Positions 1 to 15,200 of a DNA stretch of 64,000 nucleotides are shown in pieces (position 1 is the stretch's first letter; each line of letters opens with the position of its first letter). Origin of the DNA: Octopus vulgaris (lineage: Eukaryota); NCBI GenBank assembly GCA_951406725.2, contig OX597839.1, forward strand, positions 62,001 to 126,000. Reading direction: 5' to 3'. The notes under the pieces are model-generated. The model saw only the letters and a program-made list of their open reading frames with translations, searched no databases and was not told where the DNA came from. Position numbers and translations under genes: made by a program.

Positions 1-854
1 TCTATCTATCTCTATCTCTATTTCTCTCCATTTCTCTCTCTCTCTTTTCAGACACTCTCTCTTTCCCAGGCCCTCTCAGCCTCCTTGTCTTTCATATTCC
101 TTTCTATTTTCCTCGTTTTGCCTCTTTTTTCTTTCTGTATCTTTCTCCTTCTCTCCAATTCCCTCTCGCTCTCTTTTCCTCTTTTCTCTTCCAATCTTTC
201 AAATTCGTTTCTATTTCTATTTTCCATTTTACGACCCTTTCGCTCTTAACGTATCTTTCTTCCCCTCCCCCTTTTCTCTGTGTTTCCTTCAATCGTTTTC
301 TCTCTTTTTCTCTCTCTATCACTCTCTCCTTCTCTCCCTCTCTCTCTCTCTCTCATCCGGCCTGGCTCTCTGTCAGTTACGATAACGCGTGCCCCAGCAT
401 GGCCGCAGTCTAATAATTAACACAAGTAAAAGATAAAATTTTTTTTAAAGAACCACCATTTACACCGAAATTATCCGGAAACAACCGAAGTGTTCCTTTC
501 TCCTTATCTCCAATCTTAAGCAGACGATTTCTATTTTCCCTTTTACGACCCTTTTGCTCTTACCGTATCTTTCTTTTACCCTTTTTCTCTGTGTTTCTCT
601 TTTCTCTCCCTTCTCTTTCCTTCCATCCTTCTCTCTTTCTCTCTCTCTCTTTCCCACTCTCCCCTTCTTTCTTTCTCTCTACCACTCTCTCTCTCTACCA
701 CTTTTTCACTCTCTCTCTCCCTCTCTCTTTCTTCCTCTACCTTTTCCCCCCTCTCTCTCTACCTCTCACCCTCTCTCCCTCCCTTTCTCTCTCTCTCTCA
801 TCGGGCCTCGCTCCCTGTCAGTTACTACACACACACACACACATTAACAGTTAT

Positions 855-1102
855 TCAACTCAAAAGGATTTCGTCGGCCCGAGGCTATCGTAGAAGACAC
901 TTGCCCAAGGTGCCACGCTGTAGGATTGAACCAGGAACCATGTGGTTGAGAAGAAAGCTTTTTACCACACAGGCACAGGTGTGACTGTGTGGTAAAAAGC
1001 TTTCTTCTCAACCACATGGTTCCTGGTTCAATCCTACAGCGTGGCACCTTGGGCAAGTGTCTTCTACGATAGCCTCGGGCCGACGAAATCCTTTTGAGTT
1101 GA
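855..1102. repeat. Perfect 118-bp inverted duplication (fold-back palindrome) of a SINE 5' half
   Basis: 855-972 is the exact reverse complement of 985-1102, including variants private to this copy (gacgaaatccttttgagttga). Confidence 0.95.
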
Positions 1103-1130
1103 TTTGGTAGACGGAAACTGAAAGCAGCCC

Positions 1131-1168
<38 letters not shown>

Positions 1169-2224
1169 TGAGTGTACGCGCGCGCGTTCTGTTTTTCCTT
1201 CCCTCCACCCACCCACCCACTTGACATCCGGTGTTGGTGTATTTGCATCCCATGTAACTTAGCGGTTCGGCAACAGGCCTAGATAGAATAAGTACCAGGC
1301 TTAAAAAATAAACATTGGAGTCGATTCATTCAACTAAAATTTCTTTCCAGCCGGTGCCCCAGCATGGCCGCAGTCTAATGATTGACACAAGTAAAAGAGA
1401 AAAAAATAAAATAAAAACCACCATTTACACCGAAATTATCCGGAAACAACCGAAGTGTTCCGTTCTCCTTTTCTCCAATTTTAAGCAGACGACATCATTC
1501 AAACAAGCTGTCGTCTGCTAATGGCTTACAACCATTACAAGTTCTTGTTAAGCTTTATTTGTTGCAGTTATAGACTGACTGTGGCCATACTGGGGCACTA
1601 TCTGAAGGAGTTCAGTCGAACAGATCGACTCGAGTTCCTTCTTTTATTGATACTTATTTTATTTTTTTTATTTTTACCGATCCGTTACCGCTAAATTTAC
1701 GGGGATGTAAGCAAGCTAACATCGGTTGTCAAGCAGTTTTAGAGGACAAACACGAATACAAATACAGAAGAACACACATACACACCAACATACGACACAC
1801 ACACGCATTCGAACACATACACATACACACCCTCACACGCATACACAAATATACACATGCCTACACATACACACAAACACACACATACACATATATACAC
1901 ACACACAGGCATACGCACATGCACGCACATACGCGCACACTCACATACCCACAGACATACACACACATATACACACACGCACACACAGGCACACGCACAC
2001 ACGAACACATACACGCACAAACGCACACACTAACGTGCACACATACACAAACGTATACGCATATACACACACAGACACACGCACACCCACAAGTACATAC
2101 GCACACACGCACAACGACACACACACGCGTTAAGTTAAATGCCTTACACAATTACTTCCCTTGGACCAGTAAACTTCCTTCCGTTTGACAATAGACTAAT
2201 GCCCCGTATTTGCCCACCGACCTC

Positions 2225-2259
<35 letters not shown>

Positions 2260-4344
2260 TCTCTTTTCAGACACTCTCTCCTTCCCAGACTTTTTCCTCC
2301 TCCTCCTTGTCTTTCATATTCCTATCTATTTTCCTCGTTCCACCTTTTTCTTTCCGTATCTTCCATCCCTTTCTCTCTCTCTCTCCCACTCTCTCCTTCT
2401 CTCTCTCTCCCACTCTTTCCTTCTCTCTCTCTCTACTACTCTCTCCTTCTCCCTCTCTCTCACTTTCCCCCTCTCTCTACCACTACCTCTTTCTTTCTCT
2501 CTCTACATCTTCCTCACTCTCTCTACCCCCTCTCTCATTGGGCCTCGCTCCCTGTCAGTTACGATACACACACACACACACACACACACATTAACAGTTA
2601 TTTAACACACAGTCACAGTATGGGGGGGTGTACGCACGCGTGTTCTGTTTTTCCCCTCCCTCCACCCACATACCACTTGACATCCGGTGTTGGTGTATTT
2701 TCATCCCATGTAACTTAGCGGATCGGCAACAGACCTAGATAGAATAAGTACCAAGCTTAAAAAATAAACATTGGAGTCGATTCATTCAAATAAAATTTCT
2801 TTCATGTCGGTGCCCCAGCATGGCCACAGTCTAATGATTGACACAAATAAAAGAGAAAATTTTTAAAAACCCACCATTTACACCGGAATAATCCGGAAAC
2901 AACCGAAGTGTTCCTTTCTCCTTTTCTCCAATTTTAAGCAGACGACATCATTCAAACAAGCTGTCGATTGCTAATGGCTTACAACCATTACAAGATTTTG
3001 TTAAGCTTTATTTGTTGCAGTCATTAGACTGACTGTGGCCATACTGGGGCACTACGTTAAGGGGTTCAGTCGAACAGATCGATTCCAGTTCCTTCTTTTT
3101 TTGATACTTATTTTATTGTTTTGTTTTTACCGATCCGTTTCCGCTAAATTTACGGAGATGTAAACAAGCTAACATCGGTTGTCAAGCAGTTTTAGGGGAC
3201 AAACATGAATACAAATACAGAAAAACATACATATACAGAAAAACACACATATACATACACACACACGCACTCGAAGACATACACATACACACCCTCACAT
3301 GCATACACACATATACACAAGCACACACACAGAAACATACACGCATACACACACAAACATACACACATACACACATACACACACATACACATATACACAC
3401 GCACGCACATACGCGCACACACATACTCACAGACATACGACACACACACATATCCACACACGCACACAGGCACACGCACATACGAACACACACACAAACA
3501 CACACACTAACATGCACACATACACAAACATATACGCATATACACACACAGGCACACGCACAACGACGCGCACATACGCACGCACACACACACACACAGA
3601 ATTACTTCCCTTGGACCAGTAAAATTCCTTCCGTTTGATAATAGATTAATGCACCTTATTTGTCCACCGGCCTCATTTCCATATTTTCTCTATGTCTCGC
3701 TCCCTCTCTCTCTATCTATCTATTTATTTCTCTCTCTCTCTCACTCTCTTTAGACACTCTCTCCTTCCCAGACATTCTCCTCCTCCTCCTCCTCCTCCTC
3801 CTCCTCCTCCTCCTCCTCCTCTCCTCCTCTCCTCCTCCGTGTCTTTCATATTCCTTTCTATTTTCCTCGTTCTGCCTCTTTTTTCTTTCTGTATCTTTCT
3901 CCTTCTCTCTAATTCCCTCTCGCTCTCTTTTCCTCTTTTCTCTTCCAATCTTTCAAATTCATTTCTATTTCTATTTTCCATTTTACGACCCTTTCGCTCT
4001 TACCGTATCTTTCTTCCCCTCCCCTTTTTCTCTGTGTTTCTCTTTTCTCTCCCTTCTCTTTCCTTCAATCCTTTTCTCTCCTTCTCTCTCTCCCTCTACC
4101 CCCACTCTCTCTCTCTCCCCCTTTCTCTCCTTCTCTCTCTCTCTCCCACTCTGTCCACTCTGTCCACTCTTTCCCTACCACTCTCTCCTTCTTTCTCTCC
4201 CTCTCCCCTCTCTTTACCACCCCTTCTATTTCTCTTTCTACCTCTCCCACTCTCTCCCGCTCCCCCTCTCTCTCATCGGCCTCGCTCCCTGTCCGTAACG
4301 ATAGACACACACACACGCATTGACAGTTATTTAACACACAGTCA

Positions 4345-4500
4345 CAGGTGTAGCCGTGTGGTAAGAAGCTTTCTTTTCAACCACATGGTTCCTGGTTCAG
4401 TCCCACGGCGTGGTACCTTGGGCAAGTGTCTCCTACGATAGCCTCGGACCGACCAAAGTTTTGTGAGTGGATTTGGTGAACGGAAACTGAAAGAAGACCA

Positions 4501-4561
<61 letters not shown>

Positions 4562-4805
4562 TGTGTGTGTGTGTACGCGCGCGCGTTCTGTTTTTCCTTC
4601 CCTCCACCTACCCACCCACTACTTGACATCCGGTGTTGGTGTATATGTACCCCATGTAACTTAGCGGTTCGGCAACACACCTACATAAAATAAGTACCAG
4701 GCTTAAAAAATAAACATTGGAGTCGATTCATTCAACTAAAATTTCTTTCAAGTCGGTGCCCCAGCATGGCCGCAGTCTAAAGATTGACACAAATAAAAGA
4801 TAAAA
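4345..4805 (+). mobile_element. tRNA-derived SINE, family A (representative array copy; others at ~975, 6497, 8350, 11740, 14965, 16275, 17905, 19780)
   Basis: A-box-like 'gtgtggtaag' and B-box-like 'ggttcagtccc' head, body 'ccttgggcaagtgtc', internal (GT)n, 3' 'ccagcatggccgcagtc' and A-rich tail. Confidence 0.85.
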
Positions 4806-6174
4806 ATAAAAAATAAAAACCACCATTTACACCGGAATTATCCGGAAACAACCGAAGTGTTCCTTTCTCCTTTTCTCCAATTTTAGCAGACGACATCATT
4901 CAAACAAGCTGTCGTCTGCTAATGGCTTACAACCATTACAAGTTCTTGTTAAGCTTTATTTGTTGCAGTCATTAGACTGACTGTGGCCATACTGGGGCAC
5001 TACGTTAAGGGGTTCAGTCGAACAGATCGACTCCAGTGCCTTCTCTTTTTTGATACTTATTTTATTGTTTTCTTTTTACCGATCCGTTACCGCTAAATTT
5101 ACGGGGATGTAAACAAGCTAACATCGGTTGTCAAGCAGTTTTAGGGGACAAATACGAATACAAATACAGAAAAACACACGTACACATAAACATACGATAC
5201 ACACATATATACATACACACGCACGCACGCACATGCACACACGCACTTGAACACATACACATACACACCCTCACACGCATACACACATATACACATGCCA
5301 ACACATACACACATGCACACACACACACATAGAAACATACACGCATACACACACACATACTCACATACACACATACACACACGTACACACATATACACAC
5401 ACACACACGCACACGCGCGCACATACGCGCACACTCACATACTCACAGACATACACACACATATACACACACGCACACCGACTCAGGCACACGCACAAAC
5501 GAACACACACACACACACACTAACATGCACACATATACATACATATACGCACATACGCACGCACACACAGACAAACACGCGCGCACGCGCACATACGCAC
5601 ACACACACTCGTTAAGTCAAATACCTTACACAATTACTTCCCTTTGACCAGTAAAATTCCTTCCATTTGACAATAGACTAATGCTCCGTATTTGTCCACC
5701 GACCTCATTTCCATATTTCATCTCTCTCTCACTCTCAATCTATCTAACTATCTATCTATCTCTCTCTCTCTTTTCAGACACTCTCTCCTTCCCAGACTTT
5801 TTCCTCCTCCTCCTTGTCTTTCATATTCCTTTCTATTTTCCTCGTTCTACCTTTTTCTTTCTGTATCTACCATCCTTTTCTCTCTCTCTCTCTCTCTCCC
5901 ACTCTCTTTTTCTCTCCCACTCTCTCCTTCTCTCTCTCACTCTCTACCACTCTCTCATTCTCTCTCACTCTCACCCTCCCCCTCTCTCTACCACTACCTC
6001 TCACTTTCTCTCTGTACGTCTTCCTCACTCCCTCTACTTCCTCTCTCATCGGGCCTCGCTCCCTGTCAGCTACGATACACACACACACACACACATTAAG
6101 TCAAATACCTTACCCAATTACTTCCCTTTGACCAGTAAAATTCCTTCCATTTGACAATAGACTCTATCTCTCTC

Positions 6175-6212
<38 letters not shown>

Positions 6213-9200
6213 CAGACACTCTTTCCTTCCCAGACTTTTTCCTCCTCCTCCTCGTCTTTCATATTCCTTTCTATTTTCCCAGTTCTACCTTTTTCTTTCC
6301 GTATCTTCCATCCTTTTCTCTCCCTCTCTCTCTTCCACACTCACCTTCTCTCTCTCTCTCTCTACCACCATCTCCTTCTCTCTCTCTCTTTCTCTCTCTA
6401 CCTCTTCCTCACTCTCTCTACCCCTTCTCTCATTGGATCTAGCTCCCTGTCAGTTACTACACACAAACACATTAACAGTTATTTAACACACAGTCACAGG
6501 TGTGTCTGTGTGGTAAGAAGCTTTCTTCTCAACTACATGGTTCCTGGTTCAGTCCTACGGCGTGACACCTTGGGCAAGTGTCTCCTACGATAGCCTCGGA
6601 CCGACCAAAGTTTTGTGAGTGGATTTGGTAGACGGAAACTGAAAGAAGCTCACTGTGTGTGTGTGTGTACGCGCGCGTGTTCTGTTTTTCTTTCCCTCCA
6701 CTTACACATCGCTTGACATCCGGTGTTATCCGGAAACGACCGAAGTGTTCCGTTCTCCTTTTCTCCAATCTTAAGCAGACGACATCATTCAAACAAGCTG
6801 TCGTCTGCTAATGGCTTACAACCATTACAAGATTTTGTTAAGCTTTAGTTGTTGCAGTCATTAGACTGACTGTGTGTCCATACTGGGGCACTACGTTAAA
6901 GGGGTTCAGTCGAACAGATCGACTCCAGTTCCTTCTATTTTTGATACTTATTTTATTGTTTTGTTTTTACCGATCCGTTACCGCTAAATTTACGGGGATG
7001 TAAACAAGCTAACATCGGTTGTCAAGCAGTTTTAGGGGACAAACACAAATACAAATACAGAAAAACACACATACACACCAACATACTACACACACATATA
7101 GACAGACACACCCACACACGCGCACATGCATACACACATATACACATGCATACACATACTCACATACACACACATACACATATATGCACACACACACAGG
7201 CACACGCACACGCACATAAGCACACACACATACATACATACACACACATACACACAAACATAAGACACACACACATATACATACACACACACACGCACTC
7301 GAACACATGCACATACACACCCTCAAACGTATACACACATATATACATGCCTACACATCCACATAGAAACATACACACACAGACATACTCACATACACAC
7401 ATAAACACACATACACACATATACACACACAGGCACACGCTCGCACATACGCGCACACACACATATCCACACGTACGCGCACACACACATACTCACAGAC
7501 ATACGACACACACACATATCCACACACGCACACGCACATACGAACACACACACAAACAAACACACTAACATGCACACATACACATACATATACGCATATA
7601 ACCACACAGGCACACGCACAATGACGCACACATACGCACACACACACACTCACAGAATTACTTCCCTTTGACCATTAAAATTCCTTCCGTTTGATAATAG
7701 ATTAATGCACCTTATTTGTCCACCGGCCTCATTTCCATATTTTCTCTAGGTCTCACTCCCTCTCTCTCTATCTATCTATCTATTTATTTCTCTCTCTCAC
7801 TCTTTTCAGACACTCTCTCCTTCGCAGGCCTTCTCCTCCTCCTCCTCCTTGTCTTTCATATTCCTTTCTATTTTCCTCGTTCTGCCTCTTTTTTCTTTTT
7901 GTATCTTTCTCCTTCTCTCTAATTCTCTCTCTCTCTCTTTTCCACTTTTCTCTTCCAATCTTTCAAATTCATTTCTATTTCTATTTTCCATTTAACGACG
8001 CTTTCGCTCCTACCGTATCTTTCTTCCCCTCCCCTTTTTCTCTGTGTTTCTCTTTTCTCTCACTTCTCTTTCCTTCATTCCTTTTCTCTCTCTCTCTCTA
8101 CCCCTCTCTCTCTCCCACTCTCTCCTCCTCTCTCTCTCCCACTCTCTCCTCTCTTTCCTTACCACTCTCTCCTTCTCTCTCTCCCTCTCCCCTCTCTTTA
8201 CCAACCCCTCTATTTCTCTCTCTACCTCTCCCACTCTCTCGCCCTCCCCCTCACTCTCAGCGGGCCTCGCTCCCTGTCAGTTACTACACACACACACACG
8301 CACACACACACACACACACACACATTGACAGTTACTTAACACACAGTCACAGGTGTGGCTGTGTGGTAAGAAGCTTTCTTCACAACCACATGGTTCCTGG
8401 TTCAGTCCCACGGCACCACACCTTGGGCAAGTGTCTTCTGCGATAACCTCGGACCGACCAATGTTTTGTGAGTGGATTTGGTAGACTAAAACTGCGAGAA
8501 GCCCATTGTGTGTATGTGTCGGGGGGGGGTACGCGCGAACGTTCTGTTTTTTCCCTCCCTCCCCCCACCCACCGCTTGACATCCGGTGTTGGTGCATTTG
8601 TACCCCATCTAACTTAGCGGCTCGGCAACAGACCTAGATAGAATAACTACCAGGCTTAAAAAATAAACATTGGAGTCGATTCATTCAACTAAAATTTCTT
8701 TCCAGCCGGTGCTCCAGCATGGCCGCAGTCTAATGATTGACACAACTAAAAGATAAAAAATAAAAATAATAAAACCAACCATTTCCGCCGGAACTATCCG
8801 GAAACAACCGAAGTGTTCCTTTCTCCTTTTCTCCAATCTTAAGCTGACGACATCATTCAAACAAGCTGTCGTCTGCTAATGGCTTCCAACCATTACAAGT
8901 TCTTGTAGGGGGACAAACACGAATACAAGTACAGATACGCACACGTACACACAAACATACGACACACAAACATATACAGACACATATACGCACATGCTCA
9001 CACGCACTTGAACACATACACGCCTTCACACGCATACAAACATATACACATGCCTACACATACACACATGCACACACACACATGCACATAGAAACATACA
9101 CACATATACAAACACACATACTCACATACACACATACACGCACATACACACATATACACACACAGAGACACACGCACACGCACGCACACTCACAGACATA

Positions 9201-12200
9201 CACACACATATACACACACGCACACACAGGTACACGCACATACGAACACACACACACACACTCACATGCACACATACACAAACATATACTCATATACTAA
9301 CGGACACACGCTCACCGACACGCACATACGCATGCACACACCCACACACACAAACAGACACACACACACACACATCAAGTCAAATACCTTACACAATTAC
9401 TTCCCTTGGACCAGTAAAGTTCCTTCCATTTGACGATTTCCATATTCTCTCTCTCTCACTATCTTTCTCTATCTATCTGTCCATCTCTCTATCTCTCTCA
9501 ATTTCTCTTTCTCTCTTTTCAGACACTTTCTCCTTCCCAGGCCTTTTCCTCCTCCTCCTCCTGCTCATTGTCTTTCATAATCCTTTCTATTTTCCTCGTT
9601 CTGCCTCTTTTTTCTTTCAGTATCTTTCTCCTTCTCTCTAATTCTCTCTCTCTTTCTTTTCAGACACTCTCTCCTTTCCAGGCCTTCTCTCCTCCTCCTC
9701 CTCCTCCTCCTGCTCCTTGTCTTTCATATTCCTTTCTATTTTCCTCGTTCTGCCTCTTCTTTCTTTCTGTATCTTTCTCCTTCTCTCTAAATCTCTCTCT
9801 CTCTCTCTCTTTAGACACTCTCTCCTTCCCAGGCTTTCTCCTCCTACTCCTCCTCCTGCTCCTTGTCTTTCATATTCCTTTCTATTTTCCTCGTTCTGCC
9901 TCTTCTTTCTTTCTGTATCTTTCTCCTTCTCTCTAAATCTCTCTCTCTCTCTCTCTTTAGACACTCTCTCCTTCCCAGGCTTTCTCCTCCTACTCCTCCT
10001 CCTGCTCCTTGTCTTTCATATTCCTTTCTATTTTCCTCGTTCTGCCTCTTCTTTCTTTCTGTATCTTTCTCCTTCTCTCTAATTCTCCCTCGCTCTCTTT
10101 TCCTCTTTTCTCTTCCAATCTTTCAAATTTATTTCTATTTCTATTTTCCATTTAACGACTCTTCCCCTCTTACCGTATCTTTCTTCCCCTCCCCTTTTTC
10201 TCTGTGTTTCTCTTTTCACTCCTCTTTCCTTCCATCCTTTCTCTCTCTCTATCACACTCTCCTTCTCTTTCTCACTCTCTCTCTCATCCGGCCTGGCTCT
10301 CTGTCAGTTACGATAACGCGTGCCACAGCATGGCCGCAGTCTAATGATTAACACAAGTAAAAGATAAAAAATAAAATAAAAACCCACCATTTCCACCGAA
10401 ATTATCCGGAAACAACCGAAGTGTTCCTTTCTCCTTTTCTCCAATCTTAAGCAGACGACATCATTTAAACAAGCTGTCGTCTGCTAATGGCTTACAACCA
10501 TTACAAGTTCTTGTTAAGCTTTATTTGTTGCAGTCATTAGACTGACTGTGGCCATACTGGGGCACTACGTTAAGGGGTTTCAGTCGAAAAGATCGCCTCC
10601 AGTGCCTTCGGTTTTTGATACTTATTTTATGGTTTTCTTCTTACCGATCCGTTACCGCTGAATTTACGGGGATGTAAACAAGCTAACATCGGTTGTCAAG
10701 CAGTTTTAGGGGACAAACACGAATACAAATACAGAAATGCACACGTACACATAAACATACGACACACACACATATACATACACACACATGCACGTGCACA
10801 CACGCACTTGAACACATACACATACACACCCTCACACGCATACAAACATATACACATGCCTACACATACACACATGCATACACGCACACATAGAAACATA
10901 CACACACAGACATACTCACATACACACATACACACACACACAGGCACACGCACGCACAGACGCTCACGCTCACATACTCACATACTTACACACACATATA
11001 CACACATGCACACACAGGCACACGCAAACACACACACTAACATGCACACATACACAAACATATACGCATATACCCACACGGTCACACGCACAATGACGCG
11101 CACATAGGAACGCACACACACACAGAATTACTTCCCTTGGACCAATAAAATTCCTTCCGTTTGATAATAGTTTAATGCACCTTATTTGTCCACCGACCTC
11201 ACTTCCATATTTTCTCTATGTCTCGCTCCCTCTCTCTCTATCTATCTATTTATTTTTCTCTCTCGCTCTCTTCAGACACCCTCTCCTTCCTAGGCCTTCT
11301 CCTCCTCCTCCTCCTCCTCCTCCTCCTTGTCTTTCATATTCCTTTCTATTTTCCTCTTTCTGCCTCTTTTTCTTTCTGTATCTTTCTCCTTCTCTCTATT
11401 TCTCTCTCGCTCTCTTTTCCTCTTTTCTCTTCCAATCTTTCAAATCCATTTCTATTTCTATTTTCCATTTTACGACCCTTTCGCTCTTACCGTATCTTTC
11501 TTCCCCTCCCCTTTTTCTCTGTGTTTCACTTTACTCTCCCGTCTCTTTCCTTCAATCCTTTTCTCTCCTTCTCTCTCTCCCTCTATCCCCCTCTCTCTCC
11601 CACTCTCTCCTTCTGTCTCTCTCTCCCACTCTTCCCCCTCCCCCTCTCTCTCATCGGGCCTCGTTCCTTGTCCGTTACGATAGACACACACACACACACC
11701 AACACACACACACATTGACAGTTATTTAACACACAGGCACGGGTGTGAATGAGTGGTAAGAAGCTTTCTTCTCAACCACATGGTTCCTGGTTCAATCCTA
11801 CGGCGTGACACCTTGAGCAAGTGTCTCCTACGATAGCCTCGGACCGACCAATGTCTTGTGAGTGGATTTGCTAGACGGAAACTGAAAGAAGCTCAGGGTA
11901 GGTGTGTGGGGGGGGGGAGACGCGCGCGTGTTCTGTTTTTTCCCTCCCTCCACCTACCCACCACTTGACATCCGGTGTTGGTGTATATGTACCCCTGTAA
12001 CTTAGCGGTTCGGCAACAGACCTAGATAGAATAACTACCAGGCTTAAAAAATAAACATTGGAGTCGATTCATTCAACTAAAATTTCTTTCCAGCCGGTGC
12101 CCCAGCATGGCCGAAGTCTAATAATTGACACAAATAAAAGATTAAAAAAAAAAAACCCCACCATTTACACCGGAATTATCCGGAAACAACCGAAGTGTTC

Positions 12201-15200
12201 CTTTCTCCTTTTCTCCAATCTTAAGCAGACGACATCATTCAAACAAGCTGTCGTCTGCTAATGGCTTACAACCATTACAAGTTCTTATAGGGGGACAAAC
12301 ACGAATACAAGTACAGAAACGCACACGTACACACAAACATAATACACACACACGCACATGCACACACGCACATGAACACATACACGCCCTCACACGCATA
12401 CAAACATATACACATGCCTACACATACACACATGCACACACACACATGCACATAGAAACATACACACATATACAAACACACATACTCACATACACACACA
12501 TACACACATATACACACACAGAGGCACACGCACACGCACGCACACTCACATACTCACAGACATACACATATACACACACGCACACACAGGTACACGCACA
12601 TACGAACACACACACACACACACACTCACATGCAAACATACACAAACATATACTCATATACTAACACAGGCACACGCACACCGACACGCACATACGCATG
12701 TACACACACACACACACAAACAGACACACACATCAGGTCAAATACCTTACACAATTACTTCCCTTTGACCAGTAAAATTCCTTCCGTCTGACGATAGACT
12801 AATGCTCCGCATTTCTCCGCGGACCTCATTTCCATATTCTCTCTCTCTCACTATCTTTCTCTATCTATCTATCCATCTCTCTATCTATCTCTATCTCTAT
12901 CTCTCTCAATTTCTCTTTATCTCTTTTCAGACACTTTCTCCTTCCCAGGCCTTTTTCTCCTCCTCCTCCTGCTCCTTGTCTTTCATAATCCTTTCTATTT
13001 TCCTCTTTCTGCCTCTTTTTTTTTCTGTATCTTTCTCCTTCTCTCTAATTCTCTCTCTCTCTCTCTCTCTCTCTCTTTAGACACTCTCTCCTTCCCTGGC
13101 TTTCTCCTCCTCCTCCTCCTCCTCCTGCTCCTTGTCTTTCATATTCCTTTCTATTTTCCTCTTTCTGCCTCTTTTTTTTCTGTATCTTTCTCCTTCTCTC
13201 TAATTCTCTCTCTCTCTCTTTTCATACACGCTCTCCTTCCCAGGCCTTCTCCTCCTCCTCCTCCTCATGCTCCTTGTCTTTCATATTCCTTTCTATTTGC
13301 CTCTTTCTGCCTCTTTTTTTTTCTGTATCTTTCTCCTTCTCTCTAATTCTCTCTCTCTCTCTTTTCAGACACTCTCTCCTTCACAGGTCTTCACCTCCTC
13401 CTCCTCCTCCTCCTCCTCCTCCTCCTTGTCTTTCATATTCCTTTCTATTTTCCTCGTTCTGCCTCTTTTTTCTTTCTGTATCTTTCTCCTTCTCTCTATT
13501 TCTCCCTCGCTCTCTGTTCCTCATTTCTCTTCCAATCTTTCAAATTCATTTCTATTTCTATTTACCATTTTACGACCCTTTCGCTCTTACCGTATCTTTC
13601 TTCCCCTCCCCTTTTTCTCTATATTTCTATTTTCTCTCCCTTCTCTTTCCTTCAATCCTTTTCTCTCTCTTTCTCTCTCTATCACTCTCACTTCCTTTCT
13701 TTCCCTCCTTCCCTCCCTCTCTCTCTCATCCGCCCTGGCTCTCTGTCAGTTACGATAACGCGTGCTCCAGCATGGCCGGAGTCTAATGATTAACACAAGT
13801 AAAAGATAAAATTTTTTTTTTAAAAACCACCATTTACACCGGAATTATCCGGAAACAACCGAAGTGTTCCGTTCTCCTTTTCTCCAATCTTAAGCAGACG
13901 ACATCATTCAAACAAGCTGTCGTCTGCTAATGGCTTACAACCATTACAAGTTCTTGTTAAGCTTTATTTGTTGCAGTCATTAGACTGACTGTGGCCATAC
14001 TGTGGCACTACCTTAAGGGGTTCAGTCAAACAGATCGACTCCAGTTCCTTCTTTTTTTTTATACTTATTTTATTGTTTTCTTTTTACCGATCCGTTACCG
14101 CTAAATTACAGGAATGTAAACAAGCTAACATCGGTTGTCAAGCAGTTTTAGGGGACAAATACGAATACAAATACAGAAACACACACATACACACCAACAT
14201 ACAACACACACACATAGACAGACACACCCACACAAGCGCACATGCATACACACATATACACATGCATACATATACTCACATACACACACATACACATATA
14301 TGCACACACACACAGGCACACGCACATAAGCACACACACATACATACATACACACACATACACACAAACATACGACACACACACATATACATACACACAC
14401 AAACACGCACTCGAACACATACACATACACACCCTCACACGTACACACATATACACATGCCTACACATACACACACGCACACACACACACACATAGAAAC
14501 ATACACACACAGACATACTCACATACACACATACACACACATAAACACATATACACACATGTATCTTTCTCCTTCCCTCTAATTCTCTCTCGCTCTCTTT
14601 TCCTCTTTTCTCTTACAATCTTTCAAATTCGTTTCTATTTCTAGTTTCCATTTTACGACCCTTTTGCTCTTACCGTATCTTTCTTCCCCTCCCCTCTCTC
14701 TCTGTGTTTCTCTTTTCTCTCCCTTCTCTTTCCTTCAATCCTTTTCTCTCCTTCTCTCTCTCTCTCTCTCTCTCTCTCCCACTCTCTCCTCTCTATCCCT
14801 ACCACTCTCTCCTTCCCACTGTCCCTCTCCCTTTCCTCTCTCTTTACCACCCCCTCTATTTTCCTCTCTACCTCTCCCCCCTCTCTCATTGGGCCTCGCT
14901 CCCTGTCCGTTACGATAGACACACACACACACACACATTAACAGTTCTTTAACACACAGGCACTGGTGTGACTGTGTGGTAAGAAGCTTTCTTCTCAAAC
15001 ACATGGTTCCTGGTTCAATCCTACGGCGTGACACCTTGGGCAAGTGTCTTCTACGATAGCCTTGGACCGACCAAAGTTTTGTGAGTGGATCTGGTAAACG
15101 GAAACTGAAAGAAGCCCATTATGTGTGTGTGTGTGTACTCGCGCGTGTTCTGTTTTTCTTTCCCTCCACTTACACATCTCTTGACATCCGGTGTTATCCG

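Noticed and set aside
1480-1525. Core hairpin as a pre-miRNA
   Set aside because: The stem is only ~11-13 bp, too short for a Drosha/Dicer substrate.
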